64,000 nt of DNA from Spirochaetaceae bacterium. Lineage in GTDB: Bacteria > Spirochaetota > Spirochaetia > DSM-2461. The notes under the pieces are model-generated. The model searched no databases. It was not told the DNA's origin and saw only the letters and a list, made by a program, of their open reading frames with translations. The number at the start of each line of letters is the position of its first letter. Within the stretch, counting starts at the first letter, position 1. The position numbers and the translations under genes were made by a program. Below are positions 40,382 through 50,944 of this stretch, piece by piece. The stretch spans positions 1-64,000 of the forward strand of contig JAOPTT010000002.1 in assembly GCA_051531975.1 (NCBI GenBank), written 5' to 3'.

Positions 40382-40450
40382 TTATCTGTTTCCATACATC
40401 TCTTGATAGTATTTTTGGTAATCTCCACCTGCACCCTCATATACCCACCA
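40382..40450 (-). pseudogene. Orphan 3' end of an rfbB allele (WWVYEGAGGDYQKYYQEMYGNR*)
   Basis: 59/69 nt identical to 42867-42935; 7 of the 10 differences are synonymous. Confidence 0.92.
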
Positions 40451-40494
40451 GCATTTCTATTAAAAAAAAGCTTAAATAGTTATGTCTTTCACTG

Positions 40495-41757
40495 TTATAA
40501 AGTCTCATCGGATTCAGGCAGAACCGATTTGATATCATAAACAACACAATTCTTATTTTTGTAATTTTCAAAGTTTATATCTATAAACTTATTATGTGCA
40601 ACAGCAAGAATTATTGAATCAAACTTATTAGAAGATTTTAGTTCTGATAACAGATCTAAATTAAATGCTTTTTTTACATCATTGGCACTAGCCCAAGGAT
40701 CATAAACTGAAACATTACAACCAAACTCTTTTAGCTCTTTTATTATATCAATTACCTTTGTATTTCGAATATCAGGACAATTTTCTTTAAATGTAATCCC
40801 AAGAACTAATACTTTGGAATCCTTAATTGTATGTCCTTTTTTTATCATTAATTTAATGACCTGGTTCCCCACATAGAAACCCATCTGATCGTTAACTCTA
40901 CGACCTGCTAATATAATTTGTGGGTGATACCCTACTTCTTCAGCTTTATGGGTTAAGTAGTATGGATCGACACCTATACAGTGACCACCAACTAAACCAG
41001 GTTTAAAAGGAAGGAAGTTCCACTTTGTACCAGCTGCTTCTAAAACATCTTTGGTATCTATGTTCATTTTATTAAAAATCAGAGATAGTTCATTTACAAA
41101 TGCAATGTTTATATCTCTTTGGGAGTTTTCAATTACTTTTGCTGCTTCTGCAACTTTAATTGAGGGCGCAAGATGAGTTCCTGCAACAATAATACTCTTA
41201 TATAGATCATCTACAACTTTTCCAATTTCCTTGGTAGAACCACTGGTTACTTTTTTTATCTTTGTAACAGTATGTTCTTTATCTCCTGGATTTATTCGTT
41301 CAGGGCTATAACCACAGAAAAAATCTGTATTGAATTTTAATCCAGAATAAGCCTCTAAAACAGGAACACAATCCTCTTCGGTGGCACCTGGATATACTGT
41401 ACTTTCATAGATAACAATATCATCTTTTTTTAAAATCTTTCCAATTGTCTCACTAGCTTTAATTAGTGGCGTTAAATCGGGTTTTCTATTTTTATCTATA
41501 GGAGTTGGAACAGTTACTATAAATATTTGGCAATCTGCAATATCGCTGGTATCACAAGAAAATATCATACCATTGTTTAAAGCTTCCGATACTTGTTCAC
41601 TAGATAGTTCAAGGGTTTTATCAAGACTAGAATTAAGTTCTTTAATTCTAGTTTCAGAAATATCAAAACCAACTACTGAATATTCTGAAGAAAATGCGTG
41701 AGCTAAGGGCAATCCAACATATCCTAAACCTATTATACAAATTTTACTTTTTTTCAT
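40495..41757 (-). CDS. UDP-N-acetylhexosamine 6-dehydrogenase (WbpO/TviB family)
   Basis: GLGYVGLP, VPTP, ESTVYPG, SPERINPGD, GLVGGHCIGVDPYY, FKENCPD. Confidence 0.9.
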   Translation of the reverse strand: MKKSKICIIGLGYVGLPLAHAFSSEYSVVGFDISETRIKELNSSLDKTLELSSEQVSEALNNGMIFSCDTSDIADCQIFIVTVPTPIDKNRKPDLTPLIKASETIGKILKKDDIVIYESTVYPGATEEDCVPVLEAYSGLKFNTDFFCGYSPERINPGDKEHTVTKIKKVTSGSTKEIGKVVDDLYKSIIVAGTHLAPSIKVAEAAKVIENSQRDINIAFVNELSLIFNKMNIDTKDVLEAAGTKWNFLPFKPGLVGGHCIGVDPYYLTHKAEEVGYHPQIILAGRRVNDQMGFYVGNQVIKLMIKKGHTIKDSKVLVLGITFKENCPDIRNTKVIDIIKELKEFGCNVSVYDPWASANDVKKAFNLDLLSELKSSNKFDSIILAVAHNKFIDINFENYKNKNCVVYDIKSVLPESDETL

Positions 41758-41786
41758 TTTAATCCACCTAACTATAATTTATTTAT

Positions 41787-42845
41787 TTATTTATTTATTT
41801 TAAAAAAATCTAAATACCAGTCTACAAAATTATTAACACCAACTTTAATAGATGTAGAAGGTTTATAACCTAAATCATCAACTAAATCTGTTACATCAGC
41901 ATATGTTGCTGGAACATCCCCAGCTTGCAATGGCATAAAATTCTTTTTAATTGGTATTTCTAATTTCTCTTCTATGGCATCAATAAAATCTAATAACTTT
42001 ACAGGGTTATTATTTCCAATATTATATATTTTATATGGAGCAGATGATGTGGAACTTTTTCTATTATCTCCAGTCCATTTTTCGTCTTTTTTAGCAGGAT
42101 TTTTAATAACTCGAAGAATACCTTCTACAATATCATCTATATATGTAAAGTCTCTTAGCATGTTTCCATTATTAAAAACATCTATAGTTTTACCTTCTAA
42201 TGCTGCCTTTACAAACAGAAACAGAGCCATATCAGGTCTACCCCATGGTCCATAAACTGTAAAAAATCTTAGCCCTGTAGTTGATATTCCAAAAAGATGG
42301 GAGTATGTATGAGCCATAAGTTCATTTGATTTTTTTGATGCCGCATACAGAGATATTGGATGATCAACACTTTCATCGGTACTAAATGGTAGACCTTCAT
42401 TAAGTCCATAAACAGAAGATGATGAAGCATAAGATAGGTTTTTAACATCAAAATTTCTACATGATTCTAATATATTTAAAAAACCTGTTATATTTGAATC
42501 TATATATGCTTCTGGATTAGTTAAAGAGTATCTTACACCAGCTTGAGCAGCTAAATTACATACAGCATCAAATTTTTCTTCTCTGAACAGAGTCTCTAAA
42601 TTAACTTTATCTTCTAATTTTAATTTTATAAATCTGTAATTTTTATCAGTTTTAGATTCAATTATTTTATTGTAATCTATGGATTTTGAATCTATACCTG
42701 CTCGATCCAGACGACCATATTTAACATTTATATCGTAATAGTCATTAATACAATCTAAACCAACAATATTAAAATCTTCTGCTAATAACTTTTTAACTAA
42801 ATGACTACCAATAAAACCAGCAGTTCCAGTAACTAATATCTTCAT
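41787..42845 (-). CDS. UDP-glucuronate 4-epimerase family SDR
   Basis: TGTAGFIG, LAAQAGVRYS, ASSSSVYG, YAASKK, RFFTVYGPWGRPDMA. Confidence 0.9.
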   Translation of the reverse strand: MKILVTGTAGFIGSHLVKKLLAEDFNIVGLDCINDYYDINVKYGRLDRAGIDSKSIDYNKIIESKTDKNYRFIKLKLEDKVNLETLFREEKFDAVCNLAAQAGVRYSLTNPEAYIDSNITGFLNILESCRNFDVKNLSYASSSSVYGLNEGLPFSTDESVDHPISLYAASKKSNELMAHTYSHLFGISTTGLRFFTVYGPWGRPDMALFLFVKAALEGKTIDVFNNGNMLRDFTYIDDIVEGILRVIKNPAKKDEKWTGDNRKSSTSSAPYKIYNIGNNNPVKLLDFIDAIEEKLEIPIKKNFMPLQAGDVPATYADVTDLVDDLGYKPSTSIKVGVNNFVDWYLDFFKINK

Positions 42846-42866
42846 ATTTTATATCCTTTTGTGAAA

Positions 42867-44078
42867 TTATCTATTTCCATACATCTCTTGATAATATTTC
42901 TGATAATCACCACTAGCAACTTCAGATACCCACCACTGGTTATCTAAATACCACTGTATTGTTTTTTTTATACCAACAGTAAAGGGAGTTTCAGGATAAA
43001 AACCTAACTCTTTTACTGTTTTAGTAGGATCAATTGCATACCGTGCGTCGTGACCAAGTCTATCTTGTACATATGTAATTAAGTTATATGAACAATCGGC
43101 ATAGCTCACTGTTACAAAGTCTGAATATTCAGGTTTAACAACTCCATCGATAAAAACTAGCTCTCTAACAATATCAATTGTCTGTTTTACAATATTGATA
43201 TTTAACTCTTCGTTAAATCCACCAATATTATATGCTTCTGTTAACTTTCCTTTTCTAATTACCATATCGATACCTTTACAGTGATCGTCTACATATAACC
43301 AGTCCCGAACTTGTTTACCATCTCCATAAACAGGTAGTTTTTTACCAGATAGTATGTTTTTAATAATAAGTGGAATTAGTTTTTCAGGAAAATGAAAAGG
43401 ACCATAGTTATTACTACATCTAGTTACATTAACTGGAAAATGATATGTGGCAGCATATGCCCGAACTAACATGTCAGCTGCAGTTTTAGATGTGGCATAA
43501 GGTGATCTTGGTTTCAGCGATGTCTCTTCTGTAAAAAACTCAGTTCCAAATGCTTTTGGCATTACGTATCTATCTTTTAAAACTGATTTTAAGGCATCGT
43601 TTGTAGCTTCTAAAGTTATTCCATCTGGTATATCTTTTTCTAGATCTCCATATACTTCATCAGTAGATACCTGTAAAAACTTCTTACCAGAGATAAAAGT
43701 AGGATACCCTTGTTCATCTTTGCCATTGCTCCAGTGATCTTTTGCAACGTCCATTAAGGTTTGAGTACCAATTATATTAGTTTTTAAAAAGATACCTGGG
43801 TCTTCAATTGATCTATCAACATGGGATTCTGCAGCAAAGTTTACAACAGTATCAATATCATGGCTCATAAAAATATTTTCAACTAATTCACTGTTACAAA
43901 TATCACCTTTATAAAAAGAGACACGACTATCAGCTATATCTTCTTTAATAGTTCCTAAATTACCTGCATATGTTAATTTATCTAATATAATTACTTTACA
44001 ATCTGAGTGTTTGTTAAGTATGTATTTTACAAAGTTTGCTCCGATAAAACCTGCTCCACCTGTTACTAAATATTTCAT
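42867..44078 (-). CDS. rfbB: dTDP-glucose 4,6-dehydratase, long form with internal insertions
   Basis: TGGAGFIG, AAESHVDRS, STDEVYG, SPYATSK, CSNNYGP, RDWLYV, DRLGHDARYA. Confidence 0.95.
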   Translation of the reverse strand: MKYLVTGGAGFIGANFVKYILNKHSDCKVIILDKLTYAGNLGTIKEDIADSRVSFYKGDICNSELVENIFMSHDIDTVVNFAAESHVDRSIEDPGIFLKTNIIGTQTLMDVAKDHWSNGKDEQGYPTFISGKKFLQVSTDEVYGDLEKDIPDGITLEATNDALKSVLKDRYVMPKAFGTEFFTEETSLKPRSPYATSKTAADMLVRAYAATYHFPVNVTRCSNNYGPFHFPEKLIPLIIKNILSGKKLPVYGDGKQVRDWLYVDDHCKGIDMVIRKGKLTEAYNIGGFNEELNINIVKQTIDIVRELVFIDGVVKPEYSDFVTVSYADCSYNLITYVQDRLGHDARYAIDPTKTVKELGFYPETPFTVGIKKTIQWYLDNQWWVSEVASGDYQKYYQEMYGNR

Positions 44079-44080
44079 GA

Positions 44081-44923
44081 CTAACCCCTATATTCTTTTA
44101 AAAATCTATCAATACCACTCTGCCAACTAGGAATTTTTTTACCTATAACAGATTCTAACTTACTACTATCTAATTTTGTATATTCTGATCTTTTAGCTGG
44201 CAATTTGAAGTCGACCGTTTTTGCAGTTCCTAACTCACCTTTCCATCCAATAGAGTCTAAAACATACTTAGCCTGATCAAACTTACTACACTCTCCACCG
44301 TTACTTAGATGATATAACCCAAAAGCATCAGTTTTAATAAGTTCCCATGAATATTCTGCCAAATCCCATGAATATGTAGCAGAGGACTTCTGATCATCTA
44401 CTATATTTAATTTATCTCTGTTCTCTGACCAACCAATAACCTGTTTATTAAAGTTATTATTTCCCATTCCAAATACCCAGGAAGTTCTAATTACAAAACT
44501 TTTATTATAGGAATCAAGAACACCTTGCTCACCCTGATATTTACTATCAGCATATACAGATATTGGGTTAGGAATATCAGACTCAACATAAGCCAGCCCC
44601 TTTGTCCCATCAAATACAAAGTCTGTTGAATAAGTAATATAAACAGCACTGATCTCTGATGCAATATTGGCCAATAAAACTGGAGCATCCCTATTTAATA
44701 AAAATGCCTTATCTGGTTCACTTTCAGCCTTATCAACATCATTATATGCAGCACAATTTATAATATATTTAATATTTTTACCAGTAACAAATTCCCTAAC
44801 AGCATCAATATAAGTAATATCAAGGTCCATATAGTCAGTAGCTATATAATCTAAATCTAAACCACTAAATAGTTTCTGAAAATCCTGCCCTAGTTGACCA
44901 TTTGCTCCAGTTAATAGAATCAC
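44081..44923 (-). CDS. rfbD: dTDP-4-dehydrorhamnose reductase
   Basis: TGANGQLG, CAAYNDVDKAE, STDFVFDG, YADSK, RTSWVF. Confidence 0.95.
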   Translation of the reverse strand: MILLTGANGQLGQDFQKLFSGLDLDYIATDYMDLDITYIDAVREFVTGKNIKYIINCAAYNDVDKAESEPDKAFLLNRDAPVLLANIASEISAVYITYSTDFVFDGTKGLAYVESDIPNPISVYADSKYQGEQGVLDSYNKSFVIRTSWVFGMGNNNFNKQVIGWSENRDKLNIVDDQKSSATYSWDLAEYSWELIKTDAFGLYHLSNGGECSKFDQAKYVLDSIGWKGELGTAKTVDFKLPAKRSEYTKLDSSKLESVIGKKIPSWQSGIDRFLKEYRG

Positions 44924-45486
44924 TTTTTTGCACCTATAGAAGCATCTTTAAAGTCTTTAAAACTCTTTAAAACTAGGTCTTTATCAGAAAAAGAGAGATC
45001 ATCTACTAAAGGCCACTTTATATTAATATCAACATCATTCCAAATAATTCCAGAATCATGAATTGGATCATACTCTGCAGTGCATTTATATAAAAAGTGA
45101 GTATTGTCTTTTAAAGTAACAAAACCATGTCCAAAACCAGCAGGCACATAAAGCATAGTATTGTTCTCTTCTGTTAGCTCAATACCATACCACTGTCCAA
45201 AAGTAGAAGAGTTTGGTCTTAGATCTACAACAACATCCCAAACAGCTCCTTTAATAACTCGTACAAGTTTACCTTGAGCAGAATTCCCTGTCTGAAAATG
45301 AATACCTCTTAGAACCCCTCGAGAAGAGAAAGAGTGATTATATTGCACAAATTCGTCATTTATTCCAACAGCGATAAAGTCACTTTTTTTATAAGTTTCC
45401 ATAAAAAAACCTCGCCCATCAGCAAAAACTCTAGGCTCAATTATTAATAAATCTTTAATGGATGTTTCTACAAAATTAAAAGGCAA
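44920..45486 (-). CDS. rfbC: dTDP-4-dehydrorhamnose 3,5-epimerase
   Basis: [33 protein letters not shown]. Confidence 0.95.
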   Translation of the reverse strand: MPFNFVETSIKDLLIIEPRVFADGRGFFMETYKKSDFIAVGINDEFVQYNHSFSSRGVLRGIHFQTGNSAQGKLVRVIKGAVWDVVVDLRPNSSTFGQWYGIELTEENNTMLYVPAGFGHGFVTLKDNTHFLYKCTAEYDPIHDSGIIWNDVDINIKWPLVDDLSFSDKDLVLKSFKDFKDASIGAKK

Positions 45487-46357
45487 AATGAGACTCCTTG
45501 GCTATTAGATTCAGATATTTACCATAATTATTTTTTTTATACTTATCTGCAAGAACCAACAGTTGATCTTTATCTATAAATCCCATTCTATAAGCTATTT
45601 CTTCTATACAAGCTATTTTTAATCCCTGCCTATCTTCTATTAATTTAACATAGTTAGAAGCTTCTAATAGAGAGTCATGGGTTCCAGTATCAAGCCAAGC
45701 GTGACCTCGACCCATTATAGAAACACTAAGATCACCTCGTTTTAAATACTCCTGATTAACAGTAGTAATCTCAATTTCACCACGTTTTGAAGGTTTTACA
45801 TTTTTTGCGATTTCAATAACACTATTATCATAAAAATATAGACCAACAACAGCATAATTTGATTTTGGATTAGTAGGTTTCTCTTCTAAAGAGATAGCTT
45901 TACCAGCTTTATCGAACTCAACAACACCATATCGTTCTGGATCCTGAACATAGTAACCAAAAACCTCAGCACCACTTTTTAATTTAGCAGCATTTTGTAA
46001 CATAACGGAGAGTTCATGACCATAAAATATATTATCGCCTAGAACTAGACATACATTATCTGATCCAATAAATTCAGCACCTATAATAAATGCTTCTGCT
46101 AATCCATTTGGTGCATCTTGTATCTCGTAAGAGAACTTCATTCCTAAAGCACTACCATCTCCTAATAGAGACTCAAACCTAGAGGTATCCTCTGGTGTTG
46201 ATATTATTAAAACTTCTTTTATCCCTGCTAACATTAAAGTTGATAATGGGTAGTAGATCATAGGTTTATCGTAAACTGGTAATAACTGCTTACACACTGT
46301 CTCTGTCGCGGGATAGAGTCTAGTTCCACTACCACCTGCTAATATAATTCCTTTCAT
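45476..46357 (-). CDS. rfbA: Glucose-1-phosphate thymidylyltransferase
   Basis: [45 protein letters not shown]; start ATG 46357. Confidence 0.95.
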   Translation of the reverse strand: MKGIILAGGSGTRLYPATETVCKQLLPVYDKPMIYYPLSTLMLAGIKEVLIISTPEDTSRFESLLGDGSALGMKFSYEIQDAPNGLAEAFIIGAEFIGSDNVCLVLGDNIFYGHELSVMLQNAAKLKSGAEVFGYYVQDPERYGVVEFDKAGKAISLEEKPTNPKSNYAVVGLYFYDNSVIEIAKNVKPSKRGEIEITTVNQEYLKRGDLSVSIMGRGHAWLDTGTHDSLLEASNYVKLIEDRQGLKIACIEEIAYRMGFIDKDQLLVLADKYKKNNYGKYLNLIAKESHFAF

Positions 46358-47136
46358 TTTATCCCCTTTATAAACCAAGTTATGATTGTATCCATTCTTC
46401 TTTTAAAAGATCCTGGTATATTTACTTTATATCCCAGTACTTTTTTAATCTCAGGTTCTTCTTTTATCTCTGCTAATGCATAAAATATTAGTTTATCGTC
46501 ATAATTATATATAATAAAATTTGCTCTCTGCCCCTCTTCTTCTATTGCTTTAAAAAGAGATAAAACTGTCATATTGGTTAAGTTTTGCATCTGCAACCAG
46601 ATAGTATCAGAAGTTGTCTTTGTCACTAACTTGTACTTATTAGACCCAAATGTACTATCTTTTTGGTAATAATACATAACTTCTTTCAATGGTAATGATG
46701 TAGCTATTGGATCAGGTAGTTTTTTCTTTAAGTTTTCACCTAAATAATAAGATTTTTTAATAAGTGGATACATTTTTTTTCTGTTAGATGAATAATACTC
46801 TAAACCTTCTTGTTTTGAGAATGCCCGAATATTATTTAATAATGTAACCATCAGATCACTTTCTGGGATATTAGGTTTATCAAAAACAAATAACATCTCT
46901 ACACATAGTTCTGGATCATATTGCTTAATAGTATTGATAATATCATCGGTTAATTCCATCCCTACCGGTAGTAGCTCAAATCCATTTTTATAATCAACTC
47001 TTAATCTATCAGTATATTTCCCTTCTTCTAATCGCCTAATGTCAGTATCAGTTAAACCTGGAATAACAGTTTTCCAACTATCTGCAGCTAAATTGAGTGT
47101 AATAAAAGTTAAAGTTATTAAAATAATCTTATTCAT
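46354..47136 (-). CDS. Secreted hypothetical protein, paralogue of 48339-49133
   Basis: Signal peptide; shares [10 protein letters not shown], YYQKDx[17 protein letters not shown]. Confidence 0.8.
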   Translation of the reverse strand: MNKIILITLTFITLNLAADSWKTVIPGLTDTDIRRLEEGKYTDRLRVDYKNGFELLPVGMELTDDIINTIKQYDPELCVEMLFVFDKPNIPESDLMVTLLNNIRAFSKQEGLEYYSSNRKKMYPLIKKSYYLGENLKKKLPDPIATSLPLKEVMYYYQKDSTFGSNKYKLVTKTTSDTIWLQMQNLTNMTVLSLFKAIEEEGQRANFIIYNYDDKLIFYALAEIKEEPEIKKVLGYKVNIPGSFKRRMDTIITWFIKGIK

Positions 47137-47138
47137 AA

Positions 47139-48302
47139 TTAATCCCTTTTATACAGGTCTCTAGTATAAACTTTATCCTCTACATCAGCTAAATCTGAAC
47201 ATAGTCTATTTGTAACAATGACATCGGAAATATTTTTAAAATCGGATAAAGATTTTATTACTTTAGAATGGTAAAATTCATCATCATCAAAAGTGGGCTC
47301 AAATATAACTACAACGATACCTTTTGCTTTAATTCTCTTCATTATACCCTGAATTGCAGAAGCTCTAAAGTTATCGGAATCCATCTTCATGGTAAGTCTG
47401 TATATTCCAACAACAGATGGGTTTTTACTTATTATCATATCTGCAATGTGGTCTTTTCTGGTTGTATTTGCATCAACAATTGCACTTATAATATTATTAG
47501 GTACATTGTTGTAATTAGCCCGTAGTTGTTTGGTATCTTTTGGTAGACAATAACCTCCATAACCAAAGGAAGGGTTATTATAATGGTCACCTATTCTTGG
47601 ATCTAGACAAACACCTTCTATAATCTGCTTACTATTTAAACCTCTATGCTCAGCATAGGTATCTAACTCGTTAAAATATGATACTCGAAGGGCTAAATAT
47701 GTATTAGAAAAAAGTTTAACAGCCTCTGCTTCAGTACTATCTACAAATAGAGTATCTATATTCTCTTTAATAGCACCTCCTGCTAATAGTCCAGCAAATA
47801 CTTTAGCACGTTCTGAAATCTCACCTACAATAATTCTAGATGGGTGTAAGTTATCGTATAAAGCACTACCTTCTCTAAGAAATTCGGGGCTAAAAATTAT
47901 ATTATTTGTATTAAACCTAGCATTTACAGATTTGGTATAACCAACAGGAACAGTAGATTTAATAACCATAGTTGCTGTAGGATTTATAGCTAATACATCT
48001 TCTATTACACTTTCGACAGTAGAAGTATTAAAATAGTTTTTCTCTTCATCATAATCAGTAGGAGTCGCAATAATAATATATTCTGCATCAGCATACTCAG
48101 CTTTATTTAAACTTGCTTTTAAATTAAGGTTACCACTTGCTAAATATTCAGAGATTTCTTTATCCACAATTGGAGATTTCCCACTATTAATTAATTCAAC
48201 TTTAATTGCATCTATATCTACTGCTACAACTTCATTATTTTGTGCTAATAAAACAGCGTTTGATAATCCTACATATCCTGTTCCAGCTATACAAATTTTC
48301 AT
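47139..48302 (-). CDS. ugd: UDP-glucose 6-dehydrogenase
   Basis: [40 protein letters not shown]. Confidence 0.95.
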   Translation of the reverse strand: MKICIAGTGYVGLSNAVLLAQNNEVVAVDIDAIKVELINSGKSPIVDKEISEYLASGNLNLKASLNKAEYADAEYIIIATPTDYDEEKNYFNTSTVESVIEDVLAINPTATMVIKSTVPVGYTKSVNARFNTNNIIFSPEFLREGSALYDNLHPSRIIVGEISERAKVFAGLLAGGAIKENIDTLFVDSTEAEAVKLFSNTYLALRVSYFNELDTYAEHRGLNSKQIIEGVCLDPRIGDHYNNPSFGYGGYCLPKDTKQLRANYNNVPNNIISAIVDANTTRKDHIADMIISKNPSVVGIYRLTMKMDSDNFRASAIQGIMKRIKAKGIVVVIFEPTFDDDEFYHSKVIKSLSDFKNISDVIVTNRLCSDLADVEDKVYTRDLYKRD

Positions 48303-48338
48303 CTTATTATCTCCTGTACCACTTAATGTTCTTTTATG

Positions 48339-49133
48339 TTATTTTACTCTTCTAATATACCATTTTGCAATAGAATCCATTCTTCTCTGAAAAGAGTATG
48401 GAATATTTACCTTGTATCCTAATATACTCTTAATTTTAGGTTCATCTTTAATCTGTGCAATAGCATAAAACAGTACTTTATCACCTATTGGGTGAACTAT
48501 AAAGTTAACTCTTTGTCCTCCAGCATCTAAAGCTTTAAAAAATGTATAAACTTTTAACTTTCCTAAATTTTCCATCTGTAACCATATTGTTTTTGAAGTT
48601 GTATTAGTTGTTAACTTATACTTATTAGCTCCAAAGGTAGTATCTTTTTGATAATAAAAATCTTCCTGTACTGGAATAATTGAGTTATTTACTGGATCAG
48701 ATATAGTTTCTTTACTATTAGGATCAGATATAAAAAAAGAATCCTCAACTAAAAGTGACATAGCCTGCTTTCTATTAGAAAAATATTCTATACCAACTTG
48801 TTCTGAAAATGCTCTTAAATTATTAAGTAGATACAACATATAATCATCTGATGATGAAAAAGTCTTAGTAGGCTTATCTAATAGATATAACATCTCGACA
48901 CATAGTTCAGGATCATAATTTTTAATGTCTGCTAAAAAATCGGCAGAAATATCTATCCCAATAGGTAATAAACTTAAACCTTTAGAATAGTCAATCCCAG
49001 ATTTTACAACAAACTCACCACTTTCTAAAGTAGAAACATCGGAGACACTTGCTCCTGGAACCAAACTTTGCCAATCAGTTGCACCAATATTTATACATAA
49101 TAATAAACTAATAACTGTTAATAAAAATTTCAT
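48339..49133 (-). CDS. Secreted hypothetical protein, paralogue of 46354-47136
   Basis: Signal peptide; same conserved blocks. Confidence 0.8.
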   Translation of the reverse strand: MKFLLTVISLLLCINIGATDWQSLVPGASVSDVSTLESGEFVVKSGIDYSKGLSLLPIGIDISADFLADIKNYDPELCVEMLYLLDKPTKTFSSSDDYMLYLLNNLRAFSEQVGIEYFSNRKQAMSLLVEDSFFISDPNSKETISDPVNNSIIPVQEDFYYQKDTTFGANKYKLTTNTTSKTIWLQMENLGKLKVYTFFKALDAGGQRVNFIVHPIGDKVLFYAIAQIKDEPKIKSILGYKVNIPYSFQRRMDSIAKWYIRRVK

Positions 49134-49247
49134 CCTTTCTCCTGGAATAAGAACAACGTCCTCAATATTTTTTATAAATTAGGTTTTATTTATTTTGAAA
49201 TTCAACGACCCCAATCATCATTAAGGCTCCTATGTCCACTGGATATA

Positions 49248-50585
49248 TTAGTCCTCACCAAAATAAGTACCTATTTGTGTTTCTATTATAATTAATGGAA
49301 CTTGACCTATATTTTCTAATCGATGTTTAGAACCTGTAGGAATATAGACAGCTTCATTTCTGCTTAAATTCAGAATTTCATCATCTAATATAACCCGAGC
49401 AAGACCTTCAACAACAGTCCAGTGTTCTTGTCTTTTTTGATGATATTGTAAACTTAATTTTTTACCTGGTTTTACTTCTAATCTTTTTACTTTATAGGTA
49501 GGTTCATCTTGTAATACAGAATAATTACCCCAAGGTCTAATAACTCTAACTGGTGTATGTAACAAAGATGAATTATCTTTCTGCAAATTAGCAACAACCT
49601 CTTTTACTTTTTGGCTACTACCTCGTTTAGTGACCAAAAGAGCATCTTCTGAATCTATTATGATTAAATCTGAGACATCGACAATTGCCACCTTCCTTTT
49701 ATCTGACATTACAAGGTTGTGTGTACTATTAATTATTATAGGATCTTCTGCACCTAATATAGCGTTCTCTTTTGATGGATTATACATTTCATCATATAAA
49801 GAATCAAATGATCCCAAATCTGACCAACCTATATCAGATGGTATTACTTTAACTCTGTCTGACTTCTCCATTACTGCATAATCTATACTAATAGATGGTA
49901 TATTCATCATTAATTCATAACTTGGTTCTATTAAAGAACCATTACAAGAGTTATATACAGCTAGACATGTATCATAAACATTCGGACTATATTTCTTTAA
50001 TTCCTCTAGAAAAACACCTGCTTTAAAACAGAAAATTCCACTATTCCAATAATAATTACCTTTAGCTACATATTCCTCAGCTATAGACAAGATAGGTTTC
50101 TCTTTAAAGCTTACAACGTCCTCATTTGATGCTTCGATATAACCAAAACCAGTCTCTGGAAATGTTGGCTTAATCCCAAATGTTACTAAATTATTATTTG
50201 AAGCTAACTCTTCAGCTCTTAATAGGACTTTTTCATACTCTTTTTTATTAGAAATAAGATGATCCGATGGAGATACTAAAAGTACATCATCAAAGTCTAG
50301 TCCCATACATACAAGGGCTATTGCAGGGGCAGTATTACGACCACAGGGCTCTATAACTCCACCGGAATCAGACAGATCATGAGCCAGTAACTGGTCGGAA
50401 GCTAACATATACTGGTCTTTGTTTGTCGCTAATAAAACATCAGTGCATACTGACTTGTTTCTAAGTACAGTATCTTCAAAAAGAGACTTCCCATTTATTA
50501 GAGGATAAAACTGTTTTGGCATAAGTGTTCTACTTAGAGGCCATAACCTACTTCCTACACCACCACAAAGTATTAAGTTTTTCAT
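49248..50585 (-). CDS. manC: Mannose-1-phosphate guanylyltransferase/mannose-6-phosphate isomerase, C-terminally truncated
   Basis: ILCGGVGSRLWPLSR, PKQF, RNTAPA, WNSGIF, SIDYAVME, WSDLGS, cupin RPWG...SLQYH...EHW; stops at GED. Confidence 0.92.
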   Translation of the reverse strand: MKNLILCGGVGSRLWPLSRTLMPKQFYPLINGKSLFEDTVLRNKSVCTDVLLATNKDQYMLASDQLLAHDLSDSGGVIEPCGRNTAPAIALVCMGLDFDDVLLVSPSDHLISNKKEYEKVLLRAEELASNNNLVTFGIKPTFPETGFGYIEASNEDVVSFKEKPILSIAEEYVAKGNYYWNSGIFCFKAGVFLEELKKYSPNVYDTCLAVYNSCNGSLIEPSYELMMNIPSISIDYAVMEKSDRVKVIPSDIGWSDLGSFDSLYDEMYNPSKENAILGAEDPIIINSTHNLVMSDKRKVAIVDVSDLIIIDSEDALLVTKRGSSQKVKEVVANLQKDNSSLLHTPVRVIRPWGNYSVLQDEPTYKVKRLEVKPGKKLSLQYHQKRQEHWTVVEGLARVILDDEILNLSRNEAVYIPTGSKHRLENIGQVPLIIIETQIGTYFGED

Positions 50586-50638
50586 GGTTTAAAGATATAA
50601 TATCTGTATAAAACAGTCTATAGGTGTATAATAAATCT

Positions 50639-50854
50639 ATGAACAGTATAGGGGTTTGTAGAGGAATAGCTTGCCAAGCAAAAGGTGCAGGAGAAATATA
50701 CCAATATTTGATAGAAACTTTAGGTGAAAACTCAAAGCAGATTATTCCAGTAAGATGTTTAGGAGATTGTGGAAATGCTCCTATAGTAATATATAACTGT
50801 AAAACATTGATAAAACAAACTTTAGAGGATGTAAAATCCCTGTCATTAAAATAA
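50639..50854 (+). CDS. Small thioredoxin-like [2Fe-2S] ferredoxin (NuoE-like)
   Basis: CRGIAC (CX4C) and CLGDC (CX3C) then AP; start placed at ATG 50639. Confidence 0.72.
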   Translation: MNSIGVCRGIACQAKGAGEIYQYLIETLGENSKQIIPVRCLGDCGNAPIVIYNCKTLIKQTLEDVKSLSLK

Positions 50855-50861
50855 TTAAGTC

Positions 50862-50890
50862 TTGCAACATAGCAATTATAAACATAAAAT
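50862..50890 (+). promoter_or_regulatory. Sigma70 promoter for the wecA-like gene
   Basis: TTGCAA-17 nt-TAAAAT. Confidence 0.6.
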
Positions 50891-50944
50891 AATATAGACT
50901 AATAATATATTAAGAAAAATTAAGTAACTAAAAAAAGGATTTCC

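Noticed and set aside
35194..40494. Integron cassette array
   Set aside because: No integron integrase and no convincing attC sites; the repeats present are rfbB tails
41777..41800. (ATTT)6 microsatellite over the epimerase stop as a phase-variation switch
   Set aside because: On the coding strand it supplies TAA in all frames, so slippage would change only the last few residues
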